A DNA stretch of 64,000 nt from Deltaproteobacteria bacterium (GTDB taxonomy: Bacteria > Myxococcota_A > UBA9160 > SZUA-336): NCBI GenBank assembly GCA_029261895.1, contig JAJDAK010000011.1, positions 3,424-67,423 on the forward strand, written 5' to 3'. Each line of letters starts with the position of its first letter. Positions within the stretch are counted from its first letter, which is position 1. Made by a program: the position numbers and the translations under genes. Below, piece after piece: positions 7,651-17,395 of this stretch. Under the pieces are notes generated by a model, which ran no database searches, was not told the DNA's origin, and saw nothing but the letters and a program-made list of their open reading frames with translations.

Positions 7651-8300
7651 GGGTTTGGCTGCGCGACAATAACGACGAGCGTTCCAAACAAAAACCGCTG
7701 CTCGTGATGGATACGAAACCCGGCGCCCGTAATTTCTTCGACAAGATTGGGAATCGGTCGTGACACTGAACCGACCCAGAACCAACCCAACAAGGCTTGC
7801 GGAACACGCATGAAGGCAAATGTAATGCGTGCAAACACGCCAGATGGGCGCACTTCGTCGGCGATAACCAACAATCCACCGGCGCGAATACATTCGCGCG
7901 CGGACTTGAGCACGTGGTGACGCTCTAGACGCGAGAGTTCAGAGAATGCAAAACTTGCAACGACGGCATCGAACTCTCCGGGTTCAAACTGATCGACCTC
8001 GGCAGCGGTTTGTTCGAGCCAGCGTAAGTTTTGGGCATCCACGAGACGTGTTTTTGCAATCGCAAGCATCTCCGGATTCTGGTCCAGCGCCACCACACGG
8101 GCACCGCGAGCCACCAGCTTCGCCGTAAGCGATCCCGTACCACAACCGATTTCGAGTACGTGAGTTCCGTGCACCGATACCGCAGCGTCTGCGACCGCAC
8201 GATGTATCCGTCTTGCCCGTCCCAACGTTAGTATGTTCATACCCACGTCGTAGCGTTCGGGCGTCGACTCGAGCCATCGCATCAGCGCAAGCGAACTCAT
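7647..8300 (-). CDS. Class I SAM-dependent methyltransferase (Methyltransf_11/25-type)
   Basis: 217 aa. Motif I is VLEIGCGTGSLTAKLVARGARVVALD. The gene has 4-nt ATGA overlaps with the upstream TetR (8297..8300) and the downstream HgcAB-like gene (7647..7650). Confidence 0.8.
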   Translation of the reverse strand: MSSLALMRWLESTPERYDVGMNILTLGRARRIHRAVADAAVSVHGTHVLEIGCGTGSLTAKLVARGARVVALDQNPEMLAIAKTRLVDAQNLRWLEQTAAEVDQFEPGEFDAVVASFAFSELSRLERHHVLKSARECIRAGGLLVIADEVRPSGVFARITFAFMRVPQALLGWFWVGSVSRPIPNLVEEITGAGFRIHHEQRFLFGTLVVIVAQPNP

Positions 8301-8878
8301 GCTGCTAGCACCTTGCGAACACTCATCACTAAGGCTGTTTCAAGTCCGCCGATATCATCAAACGCTCGCCGATCCGCCAGGTACTGCAGAAGCAGACCAT
8401 CCATCGACGCGATCAAAAACGACGCCGTCCAAACTGAATCGAGGTTCGAATCAATCGATCCATCGCGCTGGCCTTCAGCGATCACCTCGGCGAGCAATTG
8501 ACGAATACGCCGAAAAAAATTTCGAAAGTCCAATGCTCGCAACGTGTGCAGGTCGAGCGTGATCGATCCGTTCCGCGACCAGGCTTCAAAGACGTGGCTC
8601 ATTCCAGTCATCAACTGCTCGATACGGCGCGTCGATTCGCCTTTCGACTCCAAGACGCCCCGGAATAGCTTTTCTTCGCTCTCGAGGAGATCACGCGCGA
8701 TGTCGCGAACCAACGACGACTTGTCGGGGTAGTAGTGGTACAGACTTGATCGACCCATACCGGCCGCATCCGCCACCGCGGCAAGCCCGGTGCCTTTGAT
8801 ACCCCGACGTCCAAACACACGCCGAGCGGCAGTTCGAATCTCGGCTTTCTGCGCCACACCATCGACGATCTTTGGCAT
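8297..8878 (-). CDS. TetR/AcrR-family transcriptional regulator
   Basis: 193 aa. The N-terminal helix-turn-helix is RRVFGRRGIKGTGLAAVADAAGMGRSSLYHYYPDK. It is the first gene of the TetR-MTase-HgcAB-like operon. Confidence 0.8.
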   Translation of the reverse strand: MPKIVDGVAQKAEIRTAARRVFGRRGIKGTGLAAVADAAGMGRSSLYHYYPDKSSLVRDIARDLLESEEKLFRGVLESKGESTRRIEQLMTGMSHVFEAWSRNGSITLDLHTLRALDFRNFFRRIRQLLAEVIAEGQRDGSIDSNLDSVWTASFLIASMDGLLLQYLADRRAFDDIGGLETALVMSVRKVLAA

Positions 8879-8890
8879 TGCTTCCTCGTT

Positions 8891-8908
8891 TTCGACAGTA
8901 TTGTCGAA
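8891..8908. promoter_or_regulatory. Inverted repeat TTCGACA-GTAT-TGTCGAA, a candidate TetR operator, 13 bp upstream of the TetR start
   Basis: 7-bp arms read directly from the sequence (ttcgacagtattgtcgaa). It lies in the 91-bp gap between the amidohydrolase stop (8970) and the TetR start (8878). Confidence 0.35.
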
Positions 8909-8969
8909 ATAAACCCAACGGTCAATCGAAACATCTCAGTGATTCGAATCGAGGGATCGCCCGGGCGGG

Positions 8970-9788
8970 CTATGAATTGCGCGAAAAGAAGAGCCGCTTC
9001 GCGTTCATGTAGAGATACTTGTCGAGCACGCCTTCGCGCAGATCGAGCCCAGCGGCTTCTTCAAGACAGCGCACCATCGAGAGTGCTGGGTGGTCGGAAG
9101 CAAAGATCACTTTGTCCTGGCCGCGCGTATTCATGTAGTGGATGAGCTCGGGCGGAAAATACTTTGGCGCGTACGCACTGGTCTTCAGATACAGGTTCTT
9201 ATATTTCAGCATCAACCGAATGGCTTCCTGCCACCAGGGGTCGGTGCCATGCGCCATCACCAGCTTCAACTCCGGAAAATGAAGGCATACTTTGTCGAGG
9301 TGCATCGGGTGCTGACATTCGCCGGGCACAGGCGGCCCAGGAATCCCCGTGTTGATCGTCACCGGTAAATCGAGCTCGATGCACTTGGCATAGACGGGAT
9401 AGTAAATCGGATCGCACCCCGGTCGATCGATCCAGAACGGCGTGACCCGCGCGAGAACGACCGGATAATTTTCCGCGAAACTCTCGAGCGCCCGAATGAC
9501 TTTCATCCCGCGGCGAGGATCCACCTGCGCGCCCAGCGAAAAGCGATCGGGATGGGCCTTGGGAAATGCGAGCACGTGGTCCGATGGCCGCTCGGGCTCC
9601 GTGGTGACGATCGCGCGTTCCACTCCCAAGCGATCCATTTCCTCCACGACTTCCTCGACTGAGTAATCGCGAAAAAAATCTTCGCCGCCATTGAACAGGT
9701 CTTCCGCCACGCGCACCAGGTAGTCGGGGCGGCCCAACTCGCTCATGTTGACGTTGATCCAGGTATCGATCGCCCGGAGATCAGTCAT
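8970..9788 (-). CDS. Amidohydrolase-2 family metal-dependent hydrolase (ACMSD/LigJ-like)
   Basis: 272 aa with PF04909-like features (HGTDPWW..., a C-terminal FASDHP motif). It overlaps the Rieske oxygenase gene by 8 nt. Confidence 0.7.
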   Translation of the reverse strand: MTDLRAIDTWINVNMSELGRPDYLVRVAEDLFNGGEDFFRDYSVEEVVEEMDRLGVERAIVTTEPERPSDHVLAFPKAHPDRFSLGAQVDPRRGMKVIRALESFAENYPVVLARVTPFWIDRPGCDPIYYPVYAKCIELDLPVTINTGIPGPPVPGECQHPMHLDKVCLHFPELKLVMAHGTDPWWQEAIRLMLKYKNLYLKTSAYAPKYFPPELIHYMNTRGQDKVIFASDHPALSMVRCLEEAAGLDLREGVLDKYLYMNAKRLFFSRNS

Positions 9789-10752
9789 CGCCGCGTAGAA
9801 TTGGCACGCTGAAAAACTGCTTCATCCAGCGTCGGTAGGTACCAATCTGGCCGTCTCCATCGCAGAGCAGTGGTCGGCTGTAGTAGTGCTTGTTCTCCCA
9901 AATGACGATGTCCTCCGCCATTTGTTTTTCCAAGTCTTTAACCAGCGCCGCTCCCACGCCCCGAGTGGCCGAAACCCCGTCGACCTCACGTACCGCGTAC
10001 GCGAAACTCACGTCAGTTGTGTCTTCATCAATCGGCGTTGAGGTATTGACCATCAAAGTTTCCGCGATTCCCGAAACATCAACGGTTTGCAACCCCGGCC
10101 CATAGTCCGTCGTATCGATCCCACCAGTGATCTCACCCTGCGGCGTACCCATCTTCATACGCGATCGGCAACGCAGAATATGACCGTCGATGTCGACTTC
10201 GGTCTCGGGAGACGTATGCGTGCCGTGCACGTAGCGGAAATGAATTTGATCGACAGCGTTCTCGTTCATATCCAGCCAACGACTCTTCACCGTCCAGCGT
10301 CGGATTTGATACGGCGACCATTCCGAAGACCCACATTGCCATAGCTCGGGCACCTCATACGAAGGCGGCTCGTCCTGATCGTGATACCAAGTAAAGAGCA
10401 AGCCGTTACGTTCGACCAAAAGCCATGCACGCATCTTCGCCGTACGAGGAATTTTCTTCGCATACGGAATCTCGATACAGCGCCCTTCTCCATCCCAGAG
10501 CCATGCGTGGAACGGACAGCGAATTCCCTTGCCATCTACCGTACCTCCAAAACCGAGATGCGCGCCCAGGTGAGGACAGTGCGCGTCGAGCAGATGTGCC
10601 TCGCCTTCTTCATCACGAAAGAGCACCAGATGCTGACCGAAGTAGTGCAACGCTTTGACCTCGCCGGCCGCGATGTCATCCGCATACGCGATGCGAAACC
10701 AACCGTTCGCATAGGCGGGAAACGGAAAACGTTGAGAAATCTGACGATCCAT
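9781..10752 (-). CDS. Rieske [2Fe-2S] non-heme iron oxygenase alpha subunit (phthalate-dioxygenase/KshA/VanA-like family)
   Basis: 323 aa. Rieske motif CPHLGAHL...CPFHAW, followed by a catalytic domain. Confidence 0.8.
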   Translation of the reverse strand: MDRQISQRFPFPAYANGWFRIAYADDIAAGEVKALHYFGQHLVLFRDEEGEAHLLDAHCPHLGAHLGFGGTVDGKGIRCPFHAWLWDGEGRCIEIPYAKKIPRTAKMRAWLLVERNGLLFTWYHDQDEPPSYEVPELWQCGSSEWSPYQIRRWTVKSRWLDMNENAVDQIHFRYVHGTHTSPETEVDIDGHILRCRSRMKMGTPQGEITGGIDTTDYGPGLQTVDVSGIAETLMVNTSTPIDEDTTDVSFAYAVREVDGVSATRGVGAALVKDLEKQMAEDIVIWENKHYYSRPLLCDGDGQIGTYRRWMKQFFSVPILRGDD

Positions 10753-10803
10753 CAGATACGACGATATCTGTGGTGCGTCCGCAACGCAAGCGCTTTTCCG
10801 TGG

Positions 10804-11985
10804 TTAGGAATCGAAAAGTACCGGGACGCGATCGGGACCCCGAAACATGAGACCCACCACCCCGCATTGCTGGTCCAGATCGAGCCGAAGGCCAGGCAAG
10901 CGTTCGAAGAGCGCGCGCATGCCGATCTCCGCCTCCAGATACGCCAGGCGAGATCCCGCGCAATAGTGCTTCCCGAAGCCAAACGCGATGTGATCTTTGG
11001 CATCGCGATGGATGTCGAAACGAGCCGCGTCTTTGAAGTGTGATTCGTCGCGGTTCGCGGAACCGATCCCTACCAAGACTTGAGAACCGGCTGGAATCAT
11101 CGTGCCGGCAATCTCCACGTCCTCCAATGCCCGACGGGTCACGAGCTGCACCGGAGACTCCCAGCGCAGTCCCTCATCCAACGCAGGCCGCAGCATGTCG
11201 GGTACCTTGAGAACTTCATCGAACTGCGCAGGATCCCGGAGCAAACCGAGAAACGTGGAACCCATCAGATGATACGTCGTCTCCGCACCCGCGAGCACGA
11301 GCAGTCGGATGAAGCTCACGATCTCCTCTTCCGTCATCCGCTCACCGTCGATCTCCGCGTGGACCAGCCGTGTAATCAAGTCATCGGTCGGCTGCTGTTT
11401 TCGTTTTTCGACGACGGGACGCAGGTAGTCGGCCATACGTTGGGACGCTTCAAGACCACGATTCGCATCCACGGTAACGTGCGTGAGCGAAATCGCCCAG
11501 CGATGAAATTCGGCAACGTCGTCCACGGGCAAACCAAGAAGTTCGATAAATACTTTCAACGGATACACGAACGTAAACGCTTCCACCAAATCCGCCATGC
11601 CGTCATCAGCGAACTGATCAATCAGCTCATGCGCGATCGACTCAACGAGTTTTGGGAAGTCGCCGCGCAGCGCTCTCGGGGCTAACGCGGGTGTCACGAT
11701 ATTTCGATGCTTGAGATGCTCTTCACCATCCATCGCCACGATGGTGCGCCCCATCACCAGACTGATCCCTACGTCATTCGAGCTATTGGAAAACACCCGA
11801 TCGTCACGAAGCGCACGCGCTACATCGTCGTAGCGCGTGATGAGATACCCGTCGCCACCAATGGTTTGTATTTTCAGCACGGGGTGATCGCGTCGAAGCC
11901 GGGTATATGCCGAAAAAGGATCGCGCACCGCATCGAGTTCGCTGCCACCAAATACATCGATAAATGTCGGCGCGGCATCCGTCAT
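10804..11985 (-). CDS. Cytochrome P450 monooxygenase
   Basis: 393 aa. Heme-binding loop FGFGKHYCAGSRLA. ATGA overlap with the upstream TetR. Confidence 0.85.
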   Translation of the reverse strand: MTDAAPTFIDVFGGSELDAVRDPFSAYTRLRRDHPVLKIQTIGGDGYLITRYDDVARALRDDRVFSNSSNDVGISLVMGRTIVAMDGEEHLKHRNIVTPALAPRALRGDFPKLVESIAHELIDQFADDGMADLVEAFTFVYPLKVFIELLGLPVDDVAEFHRWAISLTHVTVDANRGLEASQRMADYLRPVVEKRKQQPTDDLITRLVHAEIDGERMTEEEIVSFIRLLVLAGAETTYHLMGSTFLGLLRDPAQFDEVLKVPDMLRPALDEGLRWESPVQLVTRRALEDVEIAGTMIPAGSQVLVGIGSANRDESHFKDAARFDIHRDAKDHIAFGFGKHYCAGSRLAYLEAEIGMRALFERLPGLRLDLDQQCGVVGLMFRGPDRVPVLFDS

Positions 11986-12584
11986 GACAATGTCCTTCGC
12001 CCTTGCTGCGGTGCTTGAGCGATCAGCCGATAGACGGTGCCTAAGCCTTCGGCTGGATCGTCGGCTTCAGGACTGGGAAAAATCAACATCGAGAGCAACG
12101 CGCGGGTGATCCAATCCACCAACTGGCCGACACTCACTTGGCCACTCACCACGAGGCTCGTGTCCTTCAAGAGCGGGCCCATCAAACCCAGCAACCCATC
12201 GCGAATCAACGGAAACTCTCCGCGCAGCCACTCAAACATCAGCGGCATGTCGGTCTCGCGCAGGCGATTAAGAACAGGGTGCGCACGCATGTAGCGCGCG
12301 GTTTCGTCGAGCACATACTGAATCGCGTCCTCGCTCTCATCAATCGTCTCGAGTAGCTCGATAATCCGAGCGCGGTAGCGCTCGACTTCGTGCTCTGTCA
12401 GTGACGCGTAGACGGCGTCGCGGGTCGGAAAGTAACGGTACAGCGTGCCGCGTGAGACTCCCGCCGCGGCACTGATTTCACCCATGCTGAGCTTGCTCGC
12501 ACCATGGGTCGCGATAGCGCGCAAGGCCCCGGCGAGAATACGTATTCGGGTCTTTGGGCGTAGCTCAGGACTGCTGGATTCCAT
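11982..12584 (-). CDS. TetR-family transcriptional regulator
   Basis: 200 aa. N-terminal helix-turn-helix is ILAGALRAIATHGASKLSMGEISAAAGVSRGTLYRYF. A short ATTTG-T-CAAAT palindrome lies in the 36-bp upstream gap. Confidence 0.8.
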   Translation of the reverse strand: MESSSPELRPKTRIRILAGALRAIATHGASKLSMGEISAAAGVSRGTLYRYFPTRDAVYASLTEHEVERYRARIIELLETIDESEDAIQYVLDETARYMRAHPVLNRLRETDMPLMFEWLRGEFPLIRDGLLGLMGPLLKDTSLVVSGQVSVGQLVDWITRALLSMLIFPSPEADDPAEGLGTVYRLIAQAPQQGRRTLS

Positions 12585-12620
12585 AGGTCAAATTGAACAA
12601 AATATGCCTAATTTGTCAAA

Positions 12621-13865
12621 TCAGCTCGAAGCGCCATCCAGGCCGTAGTCGAAGAGCACCTTCACGGCGGAAGTTCTGCCCTGCCGATAACAGGTCAGAA
12701 AGGCTCGGCTGTAATCCTCGAGCGCAAAGCGATGCGTAATGATCGGCGTCACGTCGATATGCTTGTCGCGGATGAATTCGAAATACCATTCCATCGCGTG
12801 CTTGCGTCGCCCCTCGTATTCCTCGGTCGCGAATGCATTCGAGCCAATCACCCGCAGTTCTTTAAAGTAGAGCGGCGTCCACTCGAATCGCTTGGGCGTC
12901 TCAACGCCGGTCACCACGATTCGACCCCGTGGTCGTGTGATCCGTACACCAATTTCCAAGGTTTCCGCTTTGCCGACCGTGTCATAGATCAGGTCGACTC
13001 CACCATTGATCATCGGAAGCCCACGCCAGGGCGTGTAGAGTTTCTGTTCCAATAACTCGGCGACGTTCTCGACCACTTCATCCTTGGGCCAGTGTTTTAT
13101 GATCTTCTCTGCACCGAACTTTTCGGCCAGCACTGCTTGATGGGCGAACCGTGCGACGGCAAACACACGCACCGTTGGAAAGAGCGCATGTAAAATGGTG
13201 ATCGTCAGTAACCCTAAGGTGCCGCAGCCATAGACCAATGCAACGGAGTCCGCTTGTGGTGGATCGCGAAGCACCGCATGCAACGCCACGGCAAAAGGAT
13301 CCGCGAGAACCGCTGAGCTATCGGAGATGTGATCCGGAATTGGAATACATTGCGATTCGTGCGCAGGAACGAATTTTGCGAACCCGCCCGTCGCTTGCAC
13401 ACTATTGCCGTGATGCAAACCTGCATCGATTGAGCCGTTGGTGAAATTCAAACACTGCGCGAACTCACCGCGTTGACACCAATCGCAGAGCGGCAAGCCA
13501 CGGGGTATGCAGGACAACCATGGATTCAACACGACCCTTTCACCGATGCGACGGCGTGTAACACCTGGCCCCACCCGCTCGATCGTACCGACGACTTCAT
13601 GACCCAATACCTGTGGGAATGAGATCAACGCCGTCATGGGGTTGTCCGAGGCACCGTTCAAGAAGACCTGTTTGGAATCGCTACCGCAGATCCCGCAGAG
13701 GTGCGTACGAATCACCACCCAGTCCGCAGCGGGTACGACCGGATCGGGAATCCGGCGCAATTGAAGCGGCGCTGTTGGGCCCACGTACGCGCCGGCCGTA
13801 AACAAACCGAGTGCACGGGTCGTCGCAAGTCGCGGCAATCTATGATCAAAGACCAGTGCACGCAT
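12621..13865 (-). CDS. Zn-dependent alcohol dehydrogenase (MDR superfamily)
   Basis: 414 aa. Catalytic-zinc region CGICGSD...GHEVVG. Confidence 0.75.
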   Translation of the reverse strand: MRALVFDHRLPRLATTRALGLFTAGAYVGPTAPLQLRRIPDPVVPAADWVVIRTHLCGICGSDSKQVFLNGASDNPMTALISFPQVLGHEVVGTIERVGPGVTRRRIGERVVLNPWLSCIPRGLPLCDWCQRGEFAQCLNFTNGSIDAGLHHGNSVQATGGFAKFVPAHESQCIPIPDHISDSSAVLADPFAVALHAVLRDPPQADSVALVYGCGTLGLLTITILHALFPTVRVFAVARFAHQAVLAEKFGAEKIIKHWPKDEVVENVAELLEQKLYTPWRGLPMINGGVDLIYDTVGKAETLEIGVRITRPRGRIVVTGVETPKRFEWTPLYFKELRVIGSNAFATEEYEGRRKHAMEWYFEFIRDKHIDVTPIITHRFALEDYSRAFLTCYRQGRTSAVKVLFDYGLDGASS

Positions 13866-13867
13866 CG

Positions 13868-15076
13868 TTAGGCGATCACCTCCGTGGCGATCATGCGCTG
13901 AATCTCTGTTTGAGACAACCCGAGAATCTCACCCAATACCATCTCGTTGTGCTCGCCGAGACAGGGTCCGGGGCGCCGAAGCTCTGCGCTGCTGCTCCGA
14001 TGTCGAATCGCACTATGTTCGAAACGCAACGTTCCAAGATGAACGTGATCGAGGGATTGAAAATGTTCCCGATGTTCGAGTTGTGGATCGCCGTTCAGAT
14101 CTTGAAAATTCTGCACTGCACCGGCTTCGATACCCGAGTCTTGAAGTCTCTGCATTAACTCGTGTGCATCATAATCCGTGGTCCACACTCGTAGCCGTTC
14201 TTCGATCATATCTTCGTTGCGCCGACGACCCGCTAATGTTTCGAATTCGACATTCAACACCCAGTCCGGATTGCCCATGAAACGCACCAAGGCTTTCCAG
14301 TCGGCGTCGGTGTGCACCGCGATCGCGATCCACCGATCCACACCACGACAAGGATAGATTCCATGCGGCACCGCAAACTCAGAGCGATTCCCCATGCGTG
14401 TCACGGATTCACCACGGGCCGATTGGCGCGCCACCATTTCGGACAGACTGTAGACGGCGGCCTCAATCTGCGAGAGGTCGATGTATTGCCCCTCGCCCGT
14501 GCGATCGCGATGAAACAGCGCGGCAATCAATGAGAGCGCCACATACTTGGGTGAAAGTGAATCCGTAATCGTTGCGTACGGGCCCACGGCCTCACGATCG
14601 GGCCAGCCAGTAAGATGGTTAAAACCCGAGAGTGCGGAACCCTGGCCGCCGAAGCCGGGATACATGCGCTGGGGTCCGGTTTGCCCAAAGAGACAACTGC
14701 TCACCATGATGAGATCGGGTTTGAGCTCGCGTAAACGCGGATAGTCGAGACCCCATTTCGCCATCGCCTTCGGTGAGAAGTTCTCAGATACTACATCCGC
14801 CCAAAGGACGAGGCGTTTTACCAACTCGATCCCTTCAACCGTAGACATATTGATTGAAACACTGAGTTTGTTCGCGTTGAGTAGAACAAACATCGGCGCG
14901 GAGTCGAGCTCAGCATCGGAGTTCTTTGTCTGGGTGAGTGTGCGGAGAAAGTCGGGCCGCTTCGTACTCTCCACGCGTAAGACAGTCGCGCCTTGATCCG
15001 CTAGATATCGTGTGGCGACCGGGCCCGCCGCACCCGCACCAAGTTCCAGTACCTTGATACCGTCGAACGCGCCCAC
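13868..15076 (-). CDS. Family III CoA-transferase (CaiB/BaiF)
   Basis: 402 aa with the N-terminal IKVLELGAGAAGPVATRYLADQGATVLRVE pattern. Confidence 0.85.
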   Translation of the reverse strand: MGAFDGIKVLELGAGAAGPVATRYLADQGATVLRVESTKRPDFLRTLTQTKNSDAELDSAPMFVLLNANKLSVSINMSTVEGIELVKRLVLWADVVSENFSPKAMAKWGLDYPRLRELKPDLIMVSSCLFGQTGPQRMYPGFGGQGSALSGFNHLTGWPDREAVGPYATITDSLSPKYVALSLIAALFHRDRTGEGQYIDLSQIEAAVYSLSEMVARQSARGESVTRMGNRSEFAVPHGIYPCRGVDRWIAIAVHTDADWKALVRFMGNPDWVLNVEFETLAGRRRNEDMIEERLRVWTTDYDAHELMQRLQDSGIEAGAVQNFQDLNGDPQLEHREHFQSLDHVHLGTLRFEHSAIRHRSSSAELRRPGPCLGEHNEMVLGEILGLSQTEIQRMIATEVIA

Positions 15077-15077
15077 G

Positions 15078-16289
15078 TCAGATGATTTCCTGCGCCTGAA
15101 GCGTTTCGAGTTCAGACAAGTCTATGCCGAGCTCGGCATAGACTTCGTGATTGTGCTCACCGATCCGTGGCGCACGTCGGCGCACGCCGATCTTGCGCGC
15201 CGTCGATTTGGCAAAAAAACCCGGGATTTCAAAATCTTCGCCCAACTCAGTTTCAATCGTGACGAAGAAATCCCGTGCACGAAGCTGAGGTTGGTCAACA
15301 ATCTCCGCCGCGTTATTGCACGGCGCGAGCAGGATCCGCCTCTTCAGGGCTTCCTCATAGAGTTCTCGCATGGTCTTGGTTGCGAAAAACGTGGTGAACA
15401 CCGCTTCGAACCGCGCGATCTCAGCATCCGCGAGCGTATTATGGTTGTACTTCGACCAATCGTATTCGCGCAGCCAATCCGGAGCGAGGTCGTTCTCATG
15501 CATGTACTCAACGGCCGCGATCAGGTTGGGGATACGTGCCGCGCCGCCGCGCAGTCCGAAGGAGACATAACCATCTTTGGCTCGCCAAATTTCGCGCGTT
15601 CGTCCAAGCACCGCACCCGAACGCGTACCGAGTCTCTCTGTATATGCGTACTGTGCCGCGCCGGTAATCAGTGAAGAAAGCTGGGCTTCCTGCATCGACA
15701 CATCGATGTAATCCCCCTGCTGGCTTCGACCCCGCGCATAGAGCGCGGTCAAGACACCGATCACGGCTTCGGGTCCAGCGTGATAATAGGCGGTCGGCAT
15801 GCTGCATCGAATCGGCGGGCGATCGGGATCTCCGGTCATCGATGGGTTGCCCCCCATCGCGACCGCAACCAAGTCATGCGCACGATACATCGCGTATGGA
15901 CCCGTCTGGCCGAACGGCGTGATCGATGCCCAAACGATGCCAGAATTCTTTGCACGTGCGTCCGCGTAACCGAGGTTCATTGCATCAAGCGTTCCGGGGG
16001 CAAAGGTTTCCAAGAGCACGTCTGCAACGCCGATCAGTTCACGCAATAACGCGCGACCTCGCTCGAATTCCAAACTTAACGTGATGCCTCGTTTGCTGCT
16101 GTTGAGCGCATGCCAGAGCAGGCTGCGCTCGGGGTCGTCGACACCCCCTAAGAACGGACCTCGACGCCCAGACAAATCGCCGGACGGCGGTTCGATCTTG
16201 ATGACATCGGCGCCGAGCTCCGCGAGGATCTTGCCCGCGAGGAAACCCGGCTCCTGTGTCAGGTCCAATACGCGAATACCCGAGAGCAC
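15078..16289 (-). CDS. Family III CoA-transferase (CaiB/BaiF), second paralogue
   Basis: 403 aa. IRVLDLTQEPGFLAGKILAELGADVIKIE. Confidence 0.85.
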   Translation of the reverse strand: MLSGIRVLDLTQEPGFLAGKILAELGADVIKIEPPSGDLSGRRGPFLGGVDDPERSLLWHALNSSKRGITLSLEFERGRALLRELIGVADVLLETFAPGTLDAMNLGYADARAKNSGIVWASITPFGQTGPYAMYRAHDLVAVAMGGNPSMTGDPDRPPIRCSMPTAYYHAGPEAVIGVLTALYARGRSQQGDYIDVSMQEAQLSSLITGAAQYAYTERLGTRSGAVLGRTREIWRAKDGYVSFGLRGGAARIPNLIAAVEYMHENDLAPDWLREYDWSKYNHNTLADAEIARFEAVFTTFFATKTMRELYEEALKRRILLAPCNNAAEIVDQPQLRARDFFVTIETELGEDFEIPGFFAKSTARKIGVRRRAPRIGEHNHEVYAELGIDLSELETLQAQEII

Positions 16290-16354
16290 GCTAGAATTCT
16301 AACACCTCGTCAGATTTCGTTGGGGTATGCTATCTCCCCGGAGGAACACGTGTT

Positions 16355-17134
16355 TTGAGGCTCCAAGAGCTCTTTGATTTGACCGGCAGAAACGCCCTCG
16401 TCACGGGAGGCGGGCGCGGCATCGGGCGCCACCTTGCACTCGGGCTCGCGGAAGCCGGCGCGAACGTCGCCGTCGCCTCGCGCAAAATCGAAAACTGCCA
16501 GGCCACCGCCGTTGAGATCGAACGACTCGGGCGGCGCGGACTTGCGATCGGAACCGACTTAAGCCGTGAGGACGATATCGCGGCACTTGCAGCGCAGGTC
16601 ATCCACGAGTTTGATCACGTCGATATTTTGGTCAATAACGCGGGCGCGATCTGGGGTGAAGACACCCTGGAATACTCGATCGAGGGCTGGGACAAAGTTT
16701 TCAATGTGAATGTCCGTGGACTCTGGCTGCTTTCCCAAGCGATCGCTCGACATATGAAAGCAATCGGTTCAGGCAGCATCATTCACATCGGCTCTGCATC
16801 TGGGCTTCGCGGCGAGCGCGAGGAAGACATGCCGGCGATCGCGTACAACGCGAGCAAAGGTGCAGTAGCGACACTGACTAAGGACATGGCGGTCAAACTG
16901 GCACGCTACGGCATTCGCGTGAATTCGATCGCACCCGGCGCATTTACCACAGACATGATGAGTCACATCACTTCCGACCCGGACAAGCTCGACGCGTTCA
17001 ATGCGAAAATTCCGTTGGGTCGTTCCGCAGGCGAGGACGACATTAAGGGCGCGGTTGTATTCTTGGCCAGCGACGCAGCCGCGTACGTCACGGGCCACAC
17101 CCTCGTTGTAGACGGCGGAACGCTCGCGCTCTAA
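16355..17134 (+). CDS. Short-chain dehydrogenase/reductase (FabG-like)
   Basis: 259 aa. TGGGRGIGRHLA Rossmann motif and SDR catalytic region. Confidence 0.85.
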   Translation: MRLQELFDLTGRNALVTGGGRGIGRHLALGLAEAGANVAVASRKIENCQATAVEIERLGRRGLAIGTDLSREDDIAALAAQVIHEFDHVDILVNNAGAIWGEDTLEYSIEGWDKVFNVNVRGLWLLSQAIARHMKAIGSGSIIHIGSASGLRGEREEDMPAIAYNASKGAVATLTKDMAVKLARYGIRVNSIAPGAFTTDMMSHITSDPDKLDAFNAKIPLGRSAGEDDIKGAVVFLASDAAAYVTGHTLVVDGGTLAL

Positions 17135-17395
17135 TAACTGCGTATGCTTTGCATGGCGGTGTTTTGACTCAAGTTCCACCAACGTCATCCCGATGTAGGG
17201 CATGACCAATACGACACATAACAGTGTCCGCCATCAGGTGACAGAACTCCTTAAAATGGTTCTGTCCCACGAAATGGCAAACCCGTCGTAATACGGGGAC
17301 GCAAAGCCAGTGCCCTACCGCGGTAGTCTTCGAATATCGCGCGGGTCGAACGGTTGGCGAATGGGTCAGATGATGAACTGCATTGAAGGAGATCT

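Noticed and set aside
10381-11043. 220-aa plus-strand ORF. The same applies to 11080..11685, 15012..15674, 20435..21079, 30694..31758, 34951..35502 and 38452..39051.
   Set aside because: All lie antisense inside well-supported minus- or plus-strand genes (P450, CoA-transferase, MaoC, HyuB, large secreted protein, PTE). They show no recognisable motifs. Long spurious antisense ORFs are typical of high-GC DNA.
12585-12620. Short palindromes (ATTTG-T-CAAAT and TCAAATTGA-like) upstream of the second TetR gene
   Set aside because: They are plausible operator fragments. But the arms are only 5 bp in an AT-rich 36-bp gap, which is too weak to call without binding data.
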